35,344 nucleotides of DNA from IMG/VR virus record IMGVR_UViG_2061766007_000696; one strand, 5' to 3'. Within the stretch, counting starts at the first letter, position 1. Each line of letters starts with the position of its first letter. Origin of the DNA: an uncultured virus (IMG/VR IMGVR_UViG_2061766007_000696). Its lineage: Duplodnaviria; Heunggongvirae; Uroviricota; Caudoviricetes. This document shows, piece after piece, positions 30,145 to 35,344 of this stretch. Below the pieces are notes generated by a model. It did no database searches. It was not told the origin of the DNA and saw nothing but the letters and a program-made list of their open reading frames with translations. The position numbers were made by a program, and so were the translations under genes.

Positions 30145-31293
30145 ATGGGAAAATTTGGCAAAAAGAATGTTATTGACTGCAATCCATTAAGTTATCAGAT
30201 TTGTCTTTGCGGAATTGGGGGTATTGGAAAAACAACCATAGCTAAAGAAATCTGTGAAAAACTTGTTGGTGATGAGGGATATATTCATTTTAATATAGGA
30301 CGCGAGGGCGGTGTAGATGCAATCGCAAATATTGTAAGTGAGCCTATTGAGGACTGGGCAAAATGCGAAGAAGTATGTGACGATATTATTGAGAATAAAG
30401 ATACAGATTATCCCAACCTCAAAGTTGTTATTTGGGATAGTTTGGATGAACTGATTCGTATAGGTGAAATAGAAACCATACGTGTTCATAATAATAAAGT
30501 TACTCAGTCAGAAAAAAATGGCGTGAAAGCAACCTCAATTCTTCAATGTATGGGTGGTTTTGGTAAAGGACAGGATTACTGTATCAATATGATTCTCGAC
30601 AAAATGTGGGAACTTAAAAATGTAGGTGTTATGTCTTTTATTATAGCTCATACAAAGAAATCGGATCTTGTTGATCCTATTACACAAGCCTCATATTCTC
30701 AACTTACAGCTGATGCTCAACAGAGATATTTTAATGCTGTAAGAAATAAGATGGATATTATTGCTGTTGGTTATATTGATAGGGAAATTGCTCAGGAAAA
30801 CACAGGCAGACAGAATATTGTTACTAAGAAAGATATTACTGTTAATAAAGTTACTGCTGAAACAAGAGTAATTGCTTTCCGTGATGATAGCTACAGTGTT
30901 GATAGCAAGTGTCGTTTTGCAAACATTGTTGACAAAATTCCTTTTGATGCAGATGAATTTATAAATGCAATTCAGGATGCAATTAAATCCGAGCAGGAAA
31001 ATAAAGGAATTTCAGAATCCGAGGCTAAGAAGACGCAAAAAGAGCGTGATGAAAAACGTGCTAAAGAGGCATCTGAATACTCAAAAGCTGCTAAAGAAAA
31101 TAAAGTTGATGCAGAACGCAACGCTGAACTTGCAACTCAGCTTACAAAAATAGCTACGGAATTTAAAAAGAAAGAACCAGCAAAATTTGAGGAAATCAAG
31201 AAAATGATGGCAGAGTTGGGTATGAAAGATTTCAAGGGAATTGATGAGACACCAACTGCACACTTTGAAAAATTAGCTGCTACCTTTCTATAA
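30145..31293 (+). CDS. AAA_24/Sak4-like ATPase (YorG-like)
   Basis: Walker A GIGGIGKTT, Walker B VVIWDS, GGFGKG, FIIAHTK. Confidence 0.85.
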   Translation: MGKFGKKNVIDCNPLSYQICLCGIGGIGKTTIAKEICEKLVGDEGYIHFNIGREGGVDAIANIVSEPIEDWAKCEEVCDDIIENKDTDYPNLKVVIWDSLDELIRIGEIETIRVHNNKVTQSEKNGVKATSILQCMGGFGKGQDYCINMILDKMWELKNVGVMSFIIAHTKKSDLVDPITQASYSQLTADAQQRYFNAVRNKMDIIAVGYIDREIAQENTGRQNIVTKKDITVNKVTAETRVIAFRDDSYSVDSKCRFANIVDKIPFDADEFINAIQDAIKSEQENKGISESEAKKTQKERDEKRAKEASEYSKAAKENKVDAERNAELATQLTKIATEFKKKEPAKFEEIKKMMAELGMKDFKGIDETPTAHFEKLAATFL

Positions 31294-31317
31294 ACACTTT
31301 TCTTATNNNNNNNNNNA

Positions 31318-31602
31318 CATCCAACATCATCAATGCCAAACATACTAAATATAAATATGTCAGCTTATGGTGTACGTGGTGAGGAAATGATGGCATTTTT
31401 ATCTGAACAGCAGATTTATATCTCAACAGGATCTGCTTGTGCTACAGGTGAACCGTCACATGTTTTAAAAGGAATCGGACTTTCTGATGATGAAATTGAT
31501 TGTTCTATCCGACTTTCTTTTAATGAGAGTAATTCTCTTTTAGAGATTGATACTGTGGTTAAAGCTATAAGTGATGGTATTACTTATTTAAGAAAGGGAT
31601 GA
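31318..31602 (+). CDS. iscS: C-terminal part of IscS/NifS-type cysteine desulfurase (begins at gap)
   Basis: PNILNI...GEE...ISTGSACATGEPSHVL...SIRLSF, including the catalytic Cys. Confidence 0.9.
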   Translation, partial: HPTSSMPNILNINMSAYGVRGEEMMAFLSEQQIYISTGSACATGEPSHVLKGIGLSDDEIDCSIRLSFNESNSLLEIDTVVKAISDGITYLRKG

Positions 31603-31603
31603 T

Positions 31604-32575
31604 ATGGATGCTCTCTCGTTACAAGAAAAAATAGCGGGGGATAGAGATGGTATTTTAAAAATCATAGAGTCTCTTGGCTATACACAGATAAGAGAATCGC
31701 CAAAANNNNNNNNNNNNNNNNNNNNNNNNNNNNNNNNNNNNNNNNNNNNNNNNNNNNNNNNNNNNNNNNNNNNNNNNNNNNNNNNNNNNNNNNNNNNNNN
31801 NNNNNTAAGATATTGTGCAAAAGTCTTAGGAATAAAAGAAAACAAATTAGAAAGACCAGAATATCCATTTTCAGGGTTCTTTAAAAAAGTTGCAAAAGTC
31901 AGCAAAACCGCATCAGAAGCGGATGAGGAATATTCTGAGGATATTTTAGATAAGTATAATGGCGTAAGTCAGTTGTTTTTTAAGGATGGTATTACTTATG
32001 ATATTCAAGAACGGTTCGGTATCACATTTAGCCATGATGACAACGCTGTTGTTATTCCTATTCGCAATATGGAAGGCAAGTTAGTTGGTGTGAAAATGAG
32101 AAATAATGATGCTAACTGTCCTCATGATAAAAGATATTGGAGTGAATATCCTTATCCTAAAACAAGGGTATTGTATGGTTTAGGGAACAATTATGCTAAT
32201 ATTGTGAGGAAAGATTCCCTAATTATTTTTGAATCAGAAAAAGGGGTATTGCAAGCAGCATCATGTGGTTGTTTTTTGGCTGTCGGAATTGGGGGACATA
32301 TAATAAGTCCCACTCAAGCCAGGATAATAAAATCTCTTATGATCAGTAGAATTATAATTGCTTTTGATGAAGGTATTGACGAATATGATATAATTGCTGA
32401 GTGTGGAAAATTAAACACAAATAATAATGTTTATCAACCAAAGATTTATTATATTTATGATAAATATAATAAGATTCTCAAAGAGGGCAGTAAGGATAGC
32501 CCTATTGATCATGGTAAAGAAACATTTGAAATGTTAATGAAACAGTGTTTGATGAGATATAAGGAGGAGGAATGA
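31604..32575 (+). CDS. Phage DNA primase (TOPRIM, YorJ-like)
   Basis: VIPIRNMEGKLVGVKMR; LYGL; IFESEKGV; IIIAFDEG; KDSPID. Confidence 0.88.
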   Translation: MDALSLQEKIAGDRDGILKIIESLGYTQIRESPKXXXXXXXXXXXXXXXXXXXXXXXXXXXXXXXXXXRYCAKVLGIKENKLERPEYPFSGFFKKVAKVSKTASEADEEYSEDILDKYNGVSQLFFKDGITYDIQERFGITFSHDDNAVVIPIRNMEGKLVGVKMRNNDANCPHDKRYWSEYPYPKTRVLYGLGNNYANIVRKDSLIIFESEKGVLQAASCGCFLAVGIGGHIISPTQARIIKSLMISRIIIAFDEGIDEYDIIAECGKLNTNNNVYQPKIYYIYDKYNKILKEGSKDSPIDHGKETFEMLMKQCLMRYKEEE

Positions 32576-32691
32576 CTAAGGAAGGATATCAGAGAAATAA
32601 GTATTTAGATGATTTAGGTATTTCTATTGAAAAATACGGAACAAATTTTTGTGATAAAAAGGATTCCCGTTGGAAAAAATGNNNNNNNNNN

Positions 32692-33046
32692 CGATATAAC
32701 AAATTATCCTTCAAAAATGAAACTTCCTGGACGTTTTCTGAAGAAATTGAGGGATGAATATAAGGGGGTAGGATTTGAACCCGTATTTCTTGCACTAGTC
32801 GCTAAACGGAAACAGATTGACTATAGGATGCAAGTAAATGAGTTTCCAGATTATACTCGTAAACTTATGTATATACTTGCAATGATTCAAGATGATGTAC
32901 CAGTTTTTGCAAAACAACTTGAAAATATTAAATACAGCCAACGTGAAAAAAGTTTTGATAAGATGAGTGACAATCTTGATTTCGAAATGCCTGAACAACA
33001 ACATAATGGAAATAAGGATTTATCTTATCTTGTCTTTGGAGAATAA
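32692..33046 (+). CDS. C-terminal part of a hypothetical protein upstream of the helicase (YorH-like position)
   Basis: Open frame from the gap to TAA 33046. Confidence 0.6.
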
Positions 33047-33051
33047 GATGA

Positions 33052-34509
33052 ATGGACTTAGAGAAAACTCTTAAACAGATAAACGATTCTCGGTATATAA
33101 CCGAGGCTTGTTTCGTCTTTAGCTGTTGGAGTGATACAGATTTATTTGATGATTATAATGATCCAAATAATCCTGTAGACTTGCGCAACGAGGACGCTAA
33201 ATTCTATTGGCAGTTGGGGACATTGATGCATGAACAGGGGATAGTAAGCATCGATGCTGTTTCAATAGAGGAATTTCTTTCGAATAAACCGAAAGCGAAA
33301 AAAAAGTATGAAAAATTTGGGGGATATCAGACAGTAGATGAACTTCGAAATCTTGTTAATCCTGACAATGTAGAGGCTTATTTTGACAAGATTAACAAAA
33401 TGAATGCTCTTTCTACCATGGCAGAAAAAGTCGATGATGTTTTCAACCATGTCGAAAGATTTGATAATGCGTCAAGTTCTGATGTATATGACGCTTTCGA
33501 ACTTCTTAATAATTCTATTGCTTTATCCACAAATCGTGACACACAAATTGAAAAACTTACAGTTACTCAGCAGTATTATGATGACTGTAGAGCAGGCGAA
33601 AACATTGGAATTCAATACGGAAAATATTCGCCAATATTAAATTATACAACATTAGGCTTACCACTTGGGGATGTAAGTATTTGGTCAGGACACAGCGGTA
33701 CCGGAAAATCCTCGTATGTTTTCGCTAACATAGTAATGCCTATTGCAAAACATGAACCTGTTACCATTTTTTCAAATGAAATGGCAATTAAAGCATATCA
33801 GAATATGATGACAATCCAGATTCTTACAAGGGATTTGGATTATTGGAAACAAACTCGTAAGAATATAAAAATGGGTAAGTTCAAGGATAGTGAGGAAGAA
33901 AAAAAGCTTCTTGAAAAAGTCAAGGAGATATCCGAAAAGGAATATAACATAACATTTGTGAAGATTTTTAACAATGATAGTTCTATCATCATGAAATATA
34001 TGAAACGTTTAGCTCATCAAGGATGCAGATGTTTTATATGGGATACTTTCAAGGGTGATGATATTTCCGATGGAAGTGACGCATGGTTTCAGTTATTACA
34101 GAATTCTCGTAAAATTTTTAATCTCACATCTAGGCTTAATGTTAGTCTTCTCTGTACTTTTCAGTTAGCTCTTTATACAACAAATCAACGTTATTTGGAT
34201 GCAAGCTGTCTCAGTTCAAGTAAGCAAATTAAAGAAGTTGTTTCTGAACTTGTCATGATGAGAAAGCTTTGGACAGATGAATATACAGGACAAAAGAATG
34301 ATTGTAAAGCATACCGACTTGATAAAGAAAATAATTATGCAAAAGTAATGCTTGAACTTGATCCTGACAAAGATTATTATGTGTTTTTTATAAACAAAAC
34401 TCGTAATGATGATGGTGGCAAAGAAATTTTATATAAGTGGGAAAAACAATGGAATTGTTGGACAGAAATCGGATATTGCACAATCCATAACGACCACAGA
34501 GGGGGATAA
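33052..34509 (+). CDS. DnaB-like replicative helicase (YorI-like)
   Basis: Walker A GHSGTGKS, FSNEM, FIWDTFK, TFQLA, NKTRN. Confidence 0.92.
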   Translation: MDLEKTLKQINDSRYITEACFVFSCWSDTDLFDDYNDPNNPVDLRNEDAKFYWQLGTLMHEQGIVSIDAVSIEEFLSNKPKAKKKYEKFGGYQTVDELRNLVNPDNVEAYFDKINKMNALSTMAEKVDDVFNHVERFDNASSSDVYDAFELLNNSIALSTNRDTQIEKLTVTQQYYDDCRAGENIGIQYGKYSPILNYTTLGLPLGDVSIWSGHSGTGKSSYVFANIVMPIAKHEPVTIFSNEMAIKAYQNMMTIQILTRDLDYWKQTRKNIKMGKFKDSEEEKKLLEKVKEISEKEYNITFVKIFNNDSSIIMKYMKRLAHQGCRCFIWDTFKGDDISDGSDAWFQLLQNSRKIFNLTSRLNVSLLCTFQLALYTTNQRYLDASCLSSSKQIKEVVSELVMMRKLWTDEYTGQKNDCKAYRLDKENNYAKVMLELDPDKDYYVFFINKTRNDDGGKEILYKWEKQWNCWTEIGYCTIHNDHRGG

Positions 34510-34511
34510 GT

Positions 34512-35344
34512 ATGATATTTCTTGATACGGCATCAACTACCAAAGTCAAACCAAAGGTTAAGGCTGAGGTTAATAAATTTTTGAATACAAATTATGCCAA
34601 TCCAATGGCAGTTTATGGAATAGCTGATGAACCAAGAGAAGCAATAGAAAAATCACGCTCTATCATAGCTGATATTATTGGTTGTGAACCAGCTAATATA
34701 ATATTTACTTCAGGTGGAAGTGAGGCAAACAGTTTAGCAATAAAAGGAACTGCATTTAAGCATTTTGCAGATACAAGAAAGCCAGGACATATTATCACAA
34801 GTATAATAGAACATCATTCTGTTCTTAATGCTTGTAAGGAATTAGAGGAGATGGGGATTGCTACTGTTACATATATAACACCCGATAAGGATGGAAGAAT
34901 ATATGACAGTATGATTTTTGAGGCAATGACTAATGATACAATATTAGTCAGTATAGGATGGGCTAACAATGAAATCGGTACTGTTCAGAAAGTACATCGT
35001 TTAGCAAAGATAGCTCATAAATGTTGTGCTTTGTTTCATACAGATGCAGTGCAGACATTTGGAAAGCTTCCTGTTTCTGTAAATCACATTGATTTTATGA
35101 GTGTTTCTGGACATAAATGGGGTGCGCCAAAAGGAATCGGATTTTTATATGTAGCTGATCCTAAATGGATTATGCCACTTGTTTCGGGTGGAAACCAAGA
35201 AGGCGGTTTAAGAGGTGGAACACATAATGTTCCTTATATCTCAGGAATGGGGGTTGCGTCACGATTAGCATATAATAATCGTGACAATAATTTTAAACGT
35301 GAACTTTCTTATAAAATGAGTTTATGGGATAAACTCAGCAAAGC
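34512..35344 (+). CDS. iscS: IscS/NifS-type cysteine desulfurase, N-terminal ~277 aa, runs off window (not in ORF track)
   Basis: MIFLDTASTT, YANP, IFTSGGSEAN, EHHSV, NNEIGTVQ, HTDAVQ, SGHKW (PLP Lys), LRGGTHNV. Confidence 0.95.
   Translation, partial: MIFLDTASTTKVKPKVKAEVNKFLNTNYANPMAVYGIADEPREAIEKSRSIIADIIGCEPANIIFTSGGSEANSLAIKGTAFKHFADTRKPGHIITSIIEHHSVLNACKELEEMGIATVTYITPDKDGRIYDSMIFEAMTNDTILVSIGWANNEIGTVQKVHRLAKIAHKCCALFHTDAVQTFGKLPVSVNHIDFMSVSGHKWGAPKGIGFLYVADPKWIMPLVSGGNQEGGLRGGTHNVPYISGMGVASRLAYNNRDNNFKRELSYKMSLWDKLSK

Larger units (their letters stand above)
1..35344. mobile_element. Large SPbeta-like temperate phage/prophage segment (early genes, repression module, replication genes)
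   Basis: Dense co-oriented small hypothetical ORFs with Firmicute RBSs. Gene order is recombinase, DGxHR protein, MrpR-like protein, then AAA ATPase/helicase/primase, matching SPbeta yopPQR...yorGHIJ. No host housekeeping operons. Confidence 0.85.

Noticed and set aside
5790..34798. Minus-strand ORFs listed in the track
   Set aside because: All overlap well-supported plus-strand genes, lack RBSs and read as hydrophobic antisense shadows.
26633..35344. A dnd phosphorothioation operon (DndB-like protein plus DndA-like desulfurase)
   Set aside because: The genes are not adjacent, no DndC/D/E is visible, and the DGxHR gene is better explained by the yopQ-like context.

Overview
Gappy scaffold (many N runs) from a large temperate phage or prophage of a low-GC Firmicute, probably Clostridia, organised like the Bacillus SPbeta family. 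A minus-strand winged-HTH gene (<1-516) diverges from a single plus-strand block. That block contains: (i) about 22 kb of some 60 small, tightly coupled, often acidic hypothetical genes (early/host-takeover region), including a PC4/YdbC-type SSB, an XRE HTH, a solo HicA, yefM-yoeB and mazEF; (ii) a tyrosine recombinase, a DGxHR (ParB/DndB-like) protein and an MrpR-like dead recombinase, resembling the SPbeta yopP-yopQ-yopR (sroD-E-F) repression module; (iii) a replication cluster (putative SSB, AAA_24/Sak4 ATPase, DnaB-like helicase, primase) containing a cysteine desulfurase whose two halves are separated by a probable scaffolding misorder. The most striking unexplained structure is ten copies of the 17-bp palindrome CGGTCAATGATTGACCG in 1.8-9.9 kb, mostly between a stop codon and the next RBS. 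It is accompanied by a sister palindrome (TGTCCAATAATTGGACA, two copies) and, further downstream, an ATAAAA-N6-TTTTAT intergenic motif. All family calls come from motif recognition by eye; no database searches were run.
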